Origin: Candidatus Tenderia sp.
GTDB lineage: Bacteria > Pseudomonadota > Gammaproteobacteria > Tenderiales > Tenderiaceae
NCBI GenBank assembly: GCA_031416075.1
Contig: JANOSY010000088.1
Location: 1-64,000 of the forward strand
Reading direction: 5' to 3'
Length of the DNA: 64,000 nucleotides
This document shows, one piece after another, positions 1 to 10,163 of the stretch (positions are counted from its first letter, which is position 1; every line of letters begins with the position of its first letter). Position numbers and translations under genes: made by a program. Below the pieces are notes generated by a model, which did not search any database, was not told the origin of the DNA, and was given only the letters and a program-made list of their open reading frames with translations.

Positions 1-3
1 AAC

Positions 4-765
4 CTATTTCGACACACCAGTGGTCATATTGTTTATTACGCGCTTAACGCCATTTACATCGCTGACAAGTTTGGTAACCAAGTCTATTTCGGCAACATTC
101 TTAGCCTTTCCACTTATGGTGACCACGCCATTTTTAGTCTCAACCTTGGTATGAAAAGCGCTGGTTGAACGATGGCTCAGCAACGTCATCTTGACCACAG
201 CAGTGACAGAAGAATCATCTATTTTTTCGCCCACTCTCTCTTTTTTCGTTGCCGCACCTGACACAGTCATCTCATTTTTGACATCCTTAACACCTTCGAC
301 ATCCTTAGCGTATTCGGTCGTCAAATCTTTTTGCGCCTGGCTGGCTGAATCGCCTCGCAAGGTAACCACGCCATTATTAACGGAGACCTCCGTCATGGCA
401 CTCACGCTACTATGAAACAAAAGTGTAGTTTTAACCTTAGTAACGAGCCATGCATCTGATTTCTCGGCAGGGTGTTCTCCATTGACTGCCAGCTGATTAT
501 CCACGCTTTTGACACCGGGCAAGCTTGCCACGGTATCCTGGGCCAATGATTTGTGGGATTCTTCGGCAACCTCCCCCGTCAAGGTGACAACACCATTCTT
601 TGATTTAACTTTAATGTCATCGTTATTAAGATAGGTTTTGAAAACATACGTCTTTTTGGCGGATGATTCGATACGATCATCCATATTGGACGCAAACACA
701 GGAATGCTGGCCACTAGCATCGAAACCACCGCCGCCAGCATAGTTACAAAATATTTAGATCTCAT
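4..765 (-). CDS. Periplasmic BON-domain protein (OsmY-like, three BON repeats)
   Basis: Signal peptide MRSKYFVTMLAAVVSMLVASIPVFA; three repeats of I.V...NGVVTL.G....GVK.V.N. Start placed at ATG 765 behind an AAGGA RBS, not at the ORF-track start of 921. Confidence 0.85.
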   Translation of the reverse strand: MRSKYFVTMLAAVVSMLVASIPVFASNMDDRIESSAKKTYVFKTYLNNDDIKVKSKNGVVTLTGEVAEESHKSLAQDTVASLPGVKSVDNQLAVNGEHPAEKSDAWLVTKVKTTLLFHSSVSAMTEVSVNNGVVTLRGDSASQAQKDLTTEYAKDVEGVKDVKNEMTVSGAATKKERVGEKIDDSSVTAVVKMTLLSHRSTSAFHTKVETKNGVVTISGKAKNVAEIDLVTKLVSDVNGVKRVINNMTTGVSK

Positions 766-954
766 GTAGTCATCCTTTTCACTGTTGATATTATAAATAT
801 TGAAGATGCAATTTTTCGTCGTCGTGTTTACGGTATATTTCTTGACAGTCGAAACATAAAAAACTATTAAACTCGGAAACAAGAGTGGTTCCAGCAGGGA
901 AGAGTCTGCTGTCGCGGCCACATAAATATCAAATACAGCCGCGACAGCGAGTTC

Positions 955-1134
955 CTATTTTCCAACAACATTCTCGATTTGACCGATCTTCTTTTGAATC
1001 TTACCGGCGATATTTTCACCTTTTCCTTCTGCCTCAAGTTCTGGGTTATCAATTATTTTTCCAGTGACCTCCTTAGCCTTTCCAACAACTTCGTGAAGCT
1101 TTCCTTCTGCCCGGTCCTTAATGCTGAGTTTCAT
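955..1134 (-). CDS. CsbD-family stress protein (59 aa, missing from the ORF track)
   Basis: Hand translation MKLSIKDRAEGKLHEVVGKAKEVTGKIIDNPELEAEGKGENIAGKIQKKIGQIENVVGK with an AGGAGA RBS; typical CsbD G..KE..GK...N..LE.EG pattern. Confidence 0.85.
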   Translation of the reverse strand: MKLSIKDRAEGKLHEVVGKAKEVTGKIIDNPELEAEGKGENIAGKIQKKIGQIENVVGK

Positions 1135-1193
1135 GGTGTTTCTCCTCTATCAATGAAAAAGTATAAAATATTACATCTCTTGTCTAACACGGA

Positions 1194-1775
1194 TTAGAAA
1201 CCGTATGCCCCACCCAAGTACCATGCTTGAACATTGTCTTTCTTGCCATCAACACCAGATATATCAGTATAAATCTGATATTCAGCACGCAACATCCAGT
1301 TACTATCAAGATCAAACTTCATGCCAGCACCTAAATATGGCTTGGTGCTATCGCCATCCTCTACCATGACATTCTGAACAGTTCCGCTGTTGCTAACGCT
1401 ATATCTCGCCAGGCCCAACCGACCGAACATGCTTAAACGTTCGGTAATCGGCATTGATCCCAACGCACTGACTGTCAATGCACTGGCATCTTGCTTGGCA
1501 TTTACATTGTTATCGTTAGCATTAAATAGTGTCCCAAAGCTTGAGTATCCAAGCTCAGTGCCAAAATAATTATTGAACTTGTAACCTATCTCGCCACGCA
1601 TGCTGTTATCAGCACTATCGCAATTCGCTATATTGTCGCAATATTTACGGGCTTCGGCCTGACCTACGTTTAGCCCAAGATAAAACCCGCCATCTGCTGC
1701 TTGAGTGATATTCGAACCCATCGTGCCAACGAGCACTACGCACAATGCAGTAAGTTTTGTTTTATTATTCAACAT
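1194..1775 (-). CDS. Small outer-membrane beta-barrel protein (OmpA-like transmembrane domain)
   Basis: Signal peptide, GFYLG...GQ, GYKFN.YFGTELGY, LRAEYQ and a C-terminal GGAYGF ending in Phe. Confidence 0.8.
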   Translation of the reverse strand: MLNNKTKLTALCVVLVGTMGSNITQAADGGFYLGLNVGQAEARKYCDNIANCDSADNSMRGEIGYKFNNYFGTELGYSSFGTLFNANDNNVNAKQDASALTVSALGSMPITERLSMFGRLGLARYSVSNSGTVQNVMVEDGDSTKPYLGAGMKFDLDSNWMLRAEYQIYTDISGVDGKKDNVQAWYLGGAYGF

Positions 1776-1924
1776 GATCGGTAATTCCTTTTTAATTAGA
1801 GAAAGAGTTTCATGACAGCACAAAGGGGGCTAGTCGTAAGTCAAAAGTAGGCTTATTGATAAAGTTCATCTGTGCGCTGCACAACATAGCGAAATAAAAA
1901 ATACAATATATCAACGAGAATACA

Positions 1925-2301
1925 TCTGGCCAGCAAACCAAGCGGCCGACCAGTTCACAGGCCAAATCCCCCCTCTCTTTGTGCTGGGCCATCAGCGGAC
2001 GACCAACCAGAATCAGCTCCGGCTAATTACGCTTACCGATACCTTCCCAGGGATCATAGATACGGCATTCAACCATATCCGGCAATATTGCCGCTCCAGC
2101 GCCGCGGTAACTATACGTTTACTGGAAGCGATCGCAGTGGCCGCAGGATTTGTACATCGGCCCGAAGACCGTGCCACACTCTTGCGCCATGCTGAAATGA
2201 TCACCCGAGGCGCAAATGAGACGTTGCCCGAAGAGCAGGACCGCCAAGCAGTGGAGGCGCGCTACCAAACGGTAAGAAAATTATGTAGCGAACCGATTTA
2301 A
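1925..2301 (+). pseudogene. Remnant of a DUF2254-type membrane protein gene
   Basis: LRLI...F..IIDTAFNHIRQY..SSAAVTIRLLEAI resembles the DUF2254 C-terminus. There is no N-terminal TM region; upstream IWPANQAADQFTGQI lies in another frame and VLGHQRT runs straight into the C-terminal part. Confidence 0.55.
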
Positions 2302-2683
2302 TCTCGCCACAAAAAGCACATATGTGCGGGCAGCATATTTTACGGGGACATGGGATGAATGAATGTTGGGCTGAGTAACTGGCTGTCCGTCATGCGGGGG
2401 CTATTCTACGCGCCATTGCCACGAATACCCCGTCCATTTCTAACCATTGAGTGCGCCCATTATATATTTGTCATACGAGTTGAGCTGTTGATATGTCATA
2501 AAGTCGATTCATTTCTTGGTGGGAGAGAAAAACCTTAGCATCACATCTTGCCTCATTTTTAAAAAAGGGTGTCTCACTGAGTATATGAATTCAGCTTCTC
2601 TAACAACGGCCCGGGCAGTACACAACAAATATATGCAACGCCGGACCATTTTTTAATTGCTGACGACAATAACAAACAGAAGG

Positions 2684-3046
2684 TCAGAGCACTTTAGCGA
2701 TCGATTCAGCAGCCCGCTTTACGTCAAGAAAGATCAGTCCCAAACGCGCTGTTGATTTGGCCATGACAGAGAGAACGGCATCATCACCCGCATAGGTCAT
2801 TAATACATACCCTTTTTCACCTTTGATCAGCACCTGTTCAAGATTGCCACGTGCCAACTCCTGCGCGGTACGATCACCCAGCGAGAGCATCGCAGCGGCC
2901 ATGGCACCGACTCTATCTTCATCCATTGAGCTTGGCAGCAGCGCAGCCATCATTAAGCCGTCCGTGGATATTACTGCGGACGCTTCAATGTCGGCGGATG
3001 CACCGTTTAAATCACTTAAAATAGATCCTAAAAGATCAGAACGCAT
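2684..3046 (-). CDS. Roadblock/LC7 (MglB-like) protein
   Basis: IEASAVISTDGLMMA...DRVGAMAAAMLSLG..LEQVLIKGEKGYV...LGLIFLDVKRAA; AAGGAGAG RBS before ATG 3046. Confidence 0.85.
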   Translation of the reverse strand: MRSDLLGSILSDLNGASADIEASAVISTDGLMMAALLPSSMDEDRVGAMAAAMLSLGDRTAQELARGNLEQVLIKGEKGYVLMTYAGDDAVLSVMAKSTARLGLIFLDVKRAAESIAKVL

Positions 3047-3175
3047 AGTCACTCTCCTTATTGTTTTAACACAAGCTTAATGTTTTGAAAAAAAACAGCA
3101 CCATTGAAACAGAGGCTCAAACCACCCATGGTTTTTAAATAGTATTGATATGATTTTTTTATAAAACGCTTACTA

Positions 3176-3826
3176 CTACAAATTGGATAGCTCCAGGTAA
3201 CGCTTACCCAATATCCAGATCAGCTCAACAAAAGCCTGCTGATTAAATTGTGGCACACCTGTCATGACCAGATTGAATTGATAGTCACCCACAGACAGCG
3301 GCCAGACGCCCAACTGACTATCGCCACTGGCGTCAACCAACCCCCACGCTGAAGAGTTGATATTGATGTTATTTCTCAACAGCCGTTCATGACGTTGATA
3401 GAGTGCATTTAGATCGGCACTCAATGCTGATAGCTCTTCTGCCAGCTCATAAGAGAAGCCGTGCGCTGAAAGAAATAGCCCCTGATTATCAACCAGCAGC
3501 ACTTTTCCTGAACTGGAGAGTTTGGCCAATATAGCGGGCAACGCCTCTTCCAGAATGCCGACTGGGCTTTCTCTCTGTTCAGGCTCTCCCTGTACCCACC
3601 CCAAACCCTGTAGGCGGTAGAGCAGCTCCATGGCCTCCTCCACATCACGGGTTTTGCTTGCCGTAAGCAGAAACTGCTCTGTTAAAAGCCGACTTTCAGT
3701 AAAGGTCAGCATGTGCAACAGAAACCAGCGCGCCTTATCATCTGGCGCTGCTGTCACAGCATAATAAACACCCGCAGGTGTTGGCAGAACATAGTTGCTA
3801 CCAAGCAGTTGATATCCAGACATCAC
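3176..3826 (-). CDS. Protein with N-terminal wHTH-like region and C-terminal divergent roadblock-like domain
   Basis: VLLVDNQGLFLSAHGF..ELAEELSALSA resembles the roadblock core; coupled to the GTPase gene by a GTGA overlap. Confidence 0.55.
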   Translation of the reverse strand: MMSGYQLLGSNYVLPTPAGVYYAVTAAPDDKARWFLLHMLTFTESRLLTEQFLLTASKTRDVEEAMELLYRLQGLGWVQGEPEQRESPVGILEEALPAILAKLSSSGKVLLVDNQGLFLSAHGFSYELAEELSALSADLNALYQRHERLLRNNININSSAWGLVDASGDSQLGVWPLSVGDYQFNLVMTGVPQFNQQAFVELIWILGKRYLELSNL

Positions 3827-4359
3827 TCACCCAACCACGGATCCAATGAAAACAGCAGCGCCTCTACCAGCTGCACCACATCCAGACGTTTACGTGCATC
3901 AACTTCAAACAACGGCGGTGTCATTCCCAGCTTTTTCAGTTCGGCATGATACTCATCCAGACCAGGGCCATCGGCCAGATCCGTGCGAGTCACACCAATT
4001 GCCAGTTTTGTTGATTTAATAAAATCGTCAAAGGCGTTCAGGAAAAAGCGCATATCCTGAAACGGTTCTGCACGGGTATTATCAAGCAGCAGCACCAGTC
4101 CAATCCCCCCTTGTGTCAGGATCTTCCACATAAAATCAAAACGTTCCTGGCCCGGTGTGCCATAGAGATGAATTCGTTCACCACCGTCAAGCTTCATCAA
4201 GCCATAATCCATCGCCACCGTGGTTGTTTTTTTACGGTTTTGGGTCATATCACTCGCCTGTTCATCAGTGGCGATAACATCGATATCACTCAACGCTCTG
4301 ATTGCGGTGGTTTTGCCAGCACCCACTGGGCCGGTAAATATTATTTTATAATTGCTCAT
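3823..4359 (-). CDS. Small Ras-like GTPase (MglA/ATP_bind_1 family)
   Basis: G1 GPVGAGKTT, TTTVAMDYG, LYGTPGQERFDFMW, G4-like TRTD, DAR. Confidence 0.9.
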   Translation of the reverse strand: MSNYKIIFTGPVGAGKTTAIRALSDIDVIATDEQASDMTQNRKKTTTVAMDYGLMKLDGGERIHLYGTPGQERFDFMWKILTQGGIGLVLLLDNTRAEPFQDMRFFLNAFDDFIKSTKLAIGVTRTDLADGPGLDEYHAELKKLGMTPPLFEVDARKRLDVVQLVEALLFSLDPWLGE

Positions 4360-4406
4360 AGATAACTGTAAAAAAACGCTATTATTCTTCTGTCATTAAA
4401 CTACGT

Positions 4407-5585
4407 TTATGCCTCAAGATCCGATTTGTCGGTTCTGAGACGCTTTAATATCTGTCCAAACAGTGTGTGGTCACGATGTTTTTTAGGTGCCACACTCTTT
4501 TCATTAAAAGTGATGCGCTCTCCAGACTCTACAATGTCGATAGCACAAGCGGCACTATAAAAGGAGTAGACCCGAGTGGCCGGAATGTTAAGTACCTTTG
4601 CAACCACTGGCAAGGGGCGGGGCTGCTCCACCAGTAGCGCCGTAATACGCATCGCACCACCCACGGGGTAAAGACGCGTTAGATTTGGCCAATGTTTTAA
4701 TTTTGTAGCCGTGGCAAGATCCGTCCCTTCGGGCAATCTGCCAACACTGGTGTAGAGCGCAATCTTCCATAAAAAGGGGATATAACCCGTGCCACGCTGC
4801 TCTTTGCCCATTTTCTCTTCAAGCGATCGAGTGTACTTTGGCTCTCGACGATAGAGTTTATGTTTAAGCAGTGTTAACGGTGTTGAACAGTGCCGTTTTA
4901 AATCGCCATCACTAAAAGAGGTTAAGACCTTTTTCAATCCCGGCATAAAGATCATTTTTCCCCACTGGCTATCTCCTGCCATCACCCATAGTTCTACCGC
5001 CACCTGATGTTTAATGGAATATTCAATGGCAGAGTGAATGCCACTCTGCAAATAGTCACGTGGGTTATAAAAGATGGGTGACTTGCTGATACTGCCTTGC
5101 GCTGTTGCTACCAGAACTTCAGTTTTTTTCACTCTGTTAACAGCCGCCGGCAACACCTCCATCACATGCGCCTGTTGCGGCCCCTTCACCACTGGGAGCG
5201 TTATTTCAAAATCAAAAATCAGATCTTCTTCAATAGTTGGGAGCGCCGGTTTGTATTGATCAAGGTCACTGATTAAACGGTCAACCGCCTGCAACATCTG
5301 CTCGACCGTGGCCGGTTTTTTTACATACACCGCACCCTCAATCCCCGGGTCATTCACACCCAGAATAATGGTTGGCATGTTGGGATGACGTTCACGGTAG
5401 CTTGCCCACAACGCCTTTGCTGCTGCATTGTCCATATTAACAATACCACCCTCGGCCCTGCCATCATCAACCAGTATCGCCTTGCCTTTGCCAAGCCCCT
5501 TGAAGACAATTTTGAAGCTCTCTTCAGCGCGCCCATCAAAACCGATGGCCGAGAGACGCAGCTGGCGCGGCATATCGTCACCCAT
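4407..5585 (-). CDS. Atypical receiver-like N-terminal domain plus C-terminal wHTH-like domain
   Basis: N-terminal ...GIVNMD...PTIILG...YVKKP (receiver-like, degenerate acidic pocket); C-terminal LKHWPNLTRL...VYSFYSAACAI. Start probably ATG 5585, overlapping the upstream stop. Confidence 0.55.
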   Translation of the reverse strand: MGDDMPRQLRLSAIGFDGRAEESFKIVFKGLGKGKAILVDDGRAEGGIVNMDNAAAKALWASYRERHPNMPTIILGVNDPGIEGAVYVKKPATVEQMLQAVDRLISDLDQYKPALPTIEEDLIFDFEITLPVVKGPQQAHVMEVLPAAVNRVKKTEVLVATAQGSISKSPIFYNPRDYLQSGIHSAIEYSIKHQVAVELWVMAGDSQWGKMIFMPGLKKVLTSFSDGDLKRHCSTPLTLLKHKLYRREPKYTRSLEEKMGKEQRGTGYIPFLWKIALYTSVGRLPEGTDLATATKLKHWPNLTRLYPVGGAMRITALLVEQPRPLPVVAKVLNIPATRVYSFYSAACAIDIVESGERITFNEKSVAPKKHRDHTLFGQILKRLRTDKSDLEA

Positions 5586-6354
5586 TACCCATACCCTCTT
5601 CCGCGGCCAACAATCTTTCTGCCTGCGCATTCCAGTCGCTGGCCAGCGCCAGCGGCAACCCTCTAAACCGCTCATGGGTAGCAAAAAAAGCATCGCTATT
5701 TTTAGTATATCGATAGAGATCCAGCAGCTCTTTGCTTGTCTCCTCACACTCCGGTTGCCTGAACAGTAACGTCTCCAGCAACATACGCGCTTCATCAATA
5801 AAACCTGAATCGATCAGATCACGGGCCTCATCCAGGGCGTTAAAACTTTCCACAACCCGTGGACCACCCTGACGTTCCAGCAGATGTAGGGTGCCAACAT
5901 TGGCGGGGATCAGACGAGAGAGTGAAGGAAGGGGTGTCACATCGGTTTTGTTCAATCCTGATTGCAAACTTGCGTCCAGGGTCTGTTGCTGCTCAATGCC
6001 CAGCAGTGGCGCACATTTGGCCAACAGGCGCTGGCGTAACGCATACCCCTTTGTATCAAGCACAATAAAAAGGTCCAGCAGGGCACCATAGAGGGTGTCA
6101 GGACTACCCGAATGGTAGTGCGCCGTCACACGTTGCAGATGTGCCAACAGATCGTTGGGATTATTTGAGATACGGTGCGACAAAAAATCCAGCGCCTTGG
6201 TCACAAGCACAGGCGGCATGGGGTTTAACCAGAAGGGGGAGTGTCGTGCTACAAAGGTGAGATCAACAGTATTAAGATCAATGCGAGGGGCTATATCCAG
6301 ACGACAGATGCAGAGTGGCTGCGTTGATGAATCCTGTGGAAAACCGTTAAACAT
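5578..6354 (-). CDS. Hypothetical helical/TPR-like protein, first gene of the GTPase-roadblock operon
   Basis: Open 258-aa ORF; C-terminal LDEARDLIDSGFIDEARMLLETLL is TPR/FimV-C-like. Confidence 0.5.
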   Translation of the reverse strand: MFNGFPQDSSTQPLCICRLDIAPRIDLNTVDLTFVARHSPFWLNPMPPVLVTKALDFLSHRISNNPNDLLAHLQRVTAHYHSGSPDTLYGALLDLFIVLDTKGYALRQRLLAKCAPLLGIEQQQTLDASLQSGLNKTDVTPLPSLSRLIPANVGTLHLLERQGGPRVVESFNALDEARDLIDSGFIDEARMLLETLLFRQPECEETSKELLDLYRYTKNSDAFFATHERFRGLPLALASDWNAQAERLLAAEEGMGNG

Positions 6355-6479
6355 AAGTAAAAACTTAATCCATTAAGTTGCAAATAAGAGACCGCTAATC
6401 CTTAGCGCCCATCATGATACAAGAGAATTACCCGTTTGTGGGATGTAATGGCCAAGCCATTTTCAACCGGACCGCCCTA

Positions 6480-8489
6480 TTAGAACAGATGGCACTGTAC
6501 TGTGTGGGCTGCCGGACGCAGCCGCTCTTCGGGATAATCTGATTTGCACACCTCTTTCACCTGTGGGCAACGAGGGTGGAAATAACACCCCTGTGGCGGG
6601 CTAAATGGTGATGGCAAATCCCCTTCCAGACGCACCACTTGACGATGGCTACTCATATCAATGGTGGGCACAGCGGCCAGCAACGCCTGGGTATAAGGGT
6701 GCAACGGATTCTGTAGTACCTCTGCCACTGGCCCCTGCTCGACGATACGGCCGAGATACATCACCTGTACCTGATGGGCCAGATAGGCCACGACTGAAAT
6801 GTTGTGTGTAATAAATAGATAGGAGATGCCTAACTCGTCCTGCAGCTCTTTCAGAAGATTGAGTATCTGCGCCTGTACCGAAACATCGAGCGCACTGGTC
6901 GGTTCATCACAGACAATCAGCTTGGGATTGAGCGCCAGGGCGCGGGCGATGCAGATGCGTTGGCGCTGGCCACCGGAAAACTCATGGGCATAACGGTTGC
7001 GCATACTGGGCGCGAGGCCGACCTGCTCCAGCAGCGTATCGACACGGACGCGGCGCTGCGCTTGATCACCTCCTAAACCTTGCGCCACCAGCCCCTCTTC
7101 GATGATCTCGCCCACTCGCATGCGTGGATTCATGGAAGAGTAGGCATCCTGAAAGATGATCTGAAAATCGCGCCGTCGCAGGCGTAGTTCAGCGCTGCTC
7201 AAGGCAGTCAGGTCTTCACCCTCAAACAGCACCTCACCGGCCGTGGGACGATTGAGCTGCAAGATCGCCTTGCCCGCCGTAGTCTTGCCGCAGCCCGACT
7301 CTCCGACCAGCGCCACGGTACGACCACGCGGGATATGGATATCGATGCCATCCACTGCATAGAGCAAACCACCCCCGCCACCCAGCAACCCCTTATGCTG
7401 CGGGAAGTGGACCTTAAGCCCCGTCACCGCCAGTAGTGGTTCTGCAACCGTCGGCTGTTTATGCTGTTTTATCGCGCTGGGCAACGCTGTCGTTTGCTGC
7501 GGCCACTGCGCCAATAATTCGGGATCGGCACGATGGCAGCGCACGTTATGCTCAGCACCGCAGGGCAACCACGCGGGTGCCTGTTCACGGCAGAGACTCC
7601 AGCCGTAATCACAACGCGACTCAAACCGGCACGCCTTGAACTGCTGCGCCAATGATGGCACCGCACCACGAATCACTGCCAACGGTTGATCACGCTTACT
7701 GATGTCCGGCAACGACTCAAACAGTTTGCAACTATAAGGGTGTTGCGGTGCGGCAAAAAACTGCTCACGACTTGCCTGCTCCACAATCTGCCCCGCATAC
7801 ATAACCGCCACCCGGTCGGCCACCTCCGCCACCACCCCCAGGTCATGGGTGATCAGCATGATTGCCATGCCTGTGTCGCGCTGCAACTGCTTCAACAGTT
7901 GCAATACCTGCGCCTGTATCGTTACATCGAGGGCGGTGGTTGGCTCATCGGCGATCAGCAGATCAGGCTCACCGGCCAGGGCGATGGCAATCATCACCCG
8001 CTGTTTCATGCCGCCAGAGAGTTGATGTGGATAGTCGTCGATACGTTGCGCTGGCGCTGGAATGCCCACGGCATCAAGCAACTCGATGGCACGCTGGCGC
8101 GCTGCACGGCCACGCAGCTGTTTATGGCAGTAGAGCGTCTCAATGATCTGCTGCCCCACCGTCAGCACAGGATTAAGCGAGGTCATCGGCTCCTGAAAGA
8201 TCATGGAGATTCTGGCACCACGGACCTTGCGCATGGACGCCTCGGGCAGCGTCAACAGCTCCTGGCCATCAAACAGAACCGAACCACCGGCAATACGCCC
8301 CGCCGGTTGTGGCAGCAGCTGCATGATGGAGAGCGAGGTCATCGACTTACCACACCCCGACTCTCCCAACAGGGCAAAGGTCTCGCCACGTCTGATCTCA
8401 AAACTGACACCGTCCACGGCGCGTACTTCACGCTCGCCATGGCCAAAACGGGTCTGCAGATCCGTGACTCTAAGCAGTATTTCATCCAT
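6480..8489 (-). CDS. Peptide ABC transporter ATPase, two fused NBDs with Cys-rich oligo_HPY tails
   Basis: GESGCGKS and GESGCGKT Walker A motifs, [16 protein letters not shown] signatures, DEPT, and C.F..RC...C...C clusters. Confidence 0.9.
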   Translation of the reverse strand: MDEILLRVTDLQTRFGHGEREVRAVDGVSFEIRRGETFALLGESGCGKSMTSLSIMQLLPQPAGRIAGGSVLFDGQELLTLPEASMRKVRGARISMIFQEPMTSLNPVLTVGQQIIETLYCHKQLRGRAARQRAIELLDAVGIPAPAQRIDDYPHQLSGGMKQRVMIAIALAGEPDLLIADEPTTALDVTIQAQVLQLLKQLQRDTGMAIMLITHDLGVVAEVADRVAVMYAGQIVEQASREQFFAAPQHPYSCKLFESLPDISKRDQPLAVIRGAVPSLAQQFKACRFESRCDYGWSLCREQAPAWLPCGAEHNVRCHRADPELLAQWPQQTTALPSAIKQHKQPTVAEPLLAVTGLKVHFPQHKGLLGGGGGLLYAVDGIDIHIPRGRTVALVGESGCGKTTAGKAILQLNRPTAGEVLFEGEDLTALSSAELRLRRRDFQIIFQDAYSSMNPRMRVGEIIEEGLVAQGLGGDQAQRRVRVDTLLEQVGLAPSMRNRYAHEFSGGQRQRICIARALALNPKLIVCDEPTSALDVSVQAQILNLLKELQDELGISYLFITHNISVVAYLAHQVQVMYLGRIVEQGPVAEVLQNPLHPYTQALLAAVPTIDMSSHRQVVRLEGDLPSPFSPPQGCYFHPRCPQVKEVCKSDYPEERLRPAAHTVQCHLF

Positions 8490-10150
8490 TACTGTTGCAA
8501 TCCAAATTCAACCCGTGGCACTGCCGCCAGCAGCTTTTGTGTGTAACTGTGTTGTGGCGCACGACTCACCTGATCAGTCGGCCCCTGCTCGACAATACGA
8601 CCATTGTGCATTACCGCCATCTCGTCGCTCACATACTCCACCACGCCAATGTTATGTGTGATAAAGAGCAGTGTCAGATCCCGTTCACGGCGCAGCTCCA
8701 GCAACATCTGTAATATCTCCGCCTGCACCGATACATCCAGCGCACTGGTCACCTCATCACAGACAATAAACTTGGGATTGAGTGCCAGGGCGCGGGCGAT
8801 GCCGATACGTTGGCGCTGGCCACCGGAGAATTCATGGGGATAACGCCAGAGGTGTTCACCCTTCATCTGTACCCGCTCTAACAGTGTCTGAGCCAATGCC
8901 AGGCGCTCCTCATTTGATTCACCAATGCCGTGCACCTTCATCGGCTCCGTCAACGTGGCGGCGATGGAGAGACGCGGATTGAGGGATGACATGGGATCCT
9001 GAAAGATGATCTGCATCTCACGCCGTAGCGGCTGCATCTCGCGGCGCTGCAACGTGGTGATCTCTTGACCATTAAAGTGGATCTGGCCCGCGGTCGGCTC
9101 TGTCAGACGCAAAATCGCCCGCCCCAATGTGCTCTTGCCACACCCTGACTCCCCCACCAGCGCCAGAATTTGCCCTTGGGGAATTGTCAGATCAATGCCA
9201 TCCACCGCTTTTACATGATCAACCGTGCGCTGCATCACCCCTTTTTTAATAGGAAAGTAGACCTGCAACCCTTTTAGCTCCAGCAGTGCTGTATCACGGC
9301 CACGGTGGAGTGAATCATTCACACTCTTTTGGCGTTGCAGATTTTCCGGCAGCGACGCCAACAGCTTGCGAGTGTACTCATGGGTAGGGGCATTAATCAA
9401 CCGTCGTGCCGTACCCGACTCCACAATTACCCCCTGCTTCATCACCGCCAGACGATCGGCGATCTGCGCCACCACACCAAAATCGTGGGTGATAAACAGC
9501 ATGGCCATGCCGGTGCGCTGCTGCAGCGCCTTCATCAACCGCAAAATTTCCGCCTGCACGGTCACATCCAGCGCGGTGGTGGGTTCATCGGCAATCAGCA
9601 GGTCTGGCTCACACGCCATCGCCATGGCAATCATCACCCGCTGCCGCTGGCCGCCCGAAAGGCGGTGTGGATACTCATCGATCCGTTCTGCCGCATTGGG
9701 GATCTGCACCTGCTGTAGCGCCTCTATCGCTCGCTGGCGTGCCTCGTTATGGCTCATCGTTGGGGTGTGCATCTGTAGTGCTTCGATAATCTGATCACCA
9801 ATGGTGAAGACAGGATTCAATGAGGTCATCGGCTCCTGAAAGATCATGGCGATACGGGCACCACGGATATGGCGACGCCGCTCTTCATCCAGCGTGACCA
9901 TATCTACCTGCTCATGTGTCTCATCGTCGTGGCGATATTTGAAAAAGATGTTGCCGGACGGATGTTCACAGACATCTTTAGGCAGCAGCTGAATCACCGA
10001 CAGCGCCGTGATCGACTTGCCACTGCCCGACTCCCCCACCAGGCAAAACGTCTCGCCACGGTCGATCTCAAAACTGATGCCGTCCACTGCCTTTACCACA
10101 TCATCACCGGCGCGCAGATAGGTCTTGAGGTTATCTACCCTCAGCAACAT
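8489..10150 (-). CDS. Peptide ABC transporter ATPase, two fused NBDs (YejF-like)
   Basis: GESGSGKS and GESGCGKS; [16 protein letters not shown]; probable start MLLRV at 10150. Confidence 0.9.
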   Translation of the reverse strand: MLLRVDNLKTYLRAGDDVVKAVDGISFEIDRGETFCLVGESGSGKSITALSVIQLLPKDVCEHPSGNIFFKYRHDDETHEQVDMVTLDEERRRHIRGARIAMIFQEPMTSLNPVFTIGDQIIEALQMHTPTMSHNEARQRAIEALQQVQIPNAAERIDEYPHRLSGGQRQRVMIAMAMACEPDLLIADEPTTALDVTVQAEILRLMKALQQRTGMAMLFITHDFGVVAQIADRLAVMKQGVIVESGTARRLINAPTHEYTRKLLASLPENLQRQKSVNDSLHRGRDTALLELKGLQVYFPIKKGVMQRTVDHVKAVDGIDLTIPQGQILALVGESGCGKSTLGRAILRLTEPTAGQIHFNGQEITTLQRREMQPLRREMQIIFQDPMSSLNPRLSIAATLTEPMKVHGIGESNEERLALAQTLLERVQMKGEHLWRYPHEFSGGQRQRIGIARALALNPKFIVCDEVTSALDVSVQAEILQMLLELRRERDLTLLFITHNIGVVEYVSDEMAVMHNGRIVEQGPTDQVSRAPQHSYTQKLLAAVPRVEFGLQQ

Positions 10151-10163
10151 TGTTTGCCCCTCA

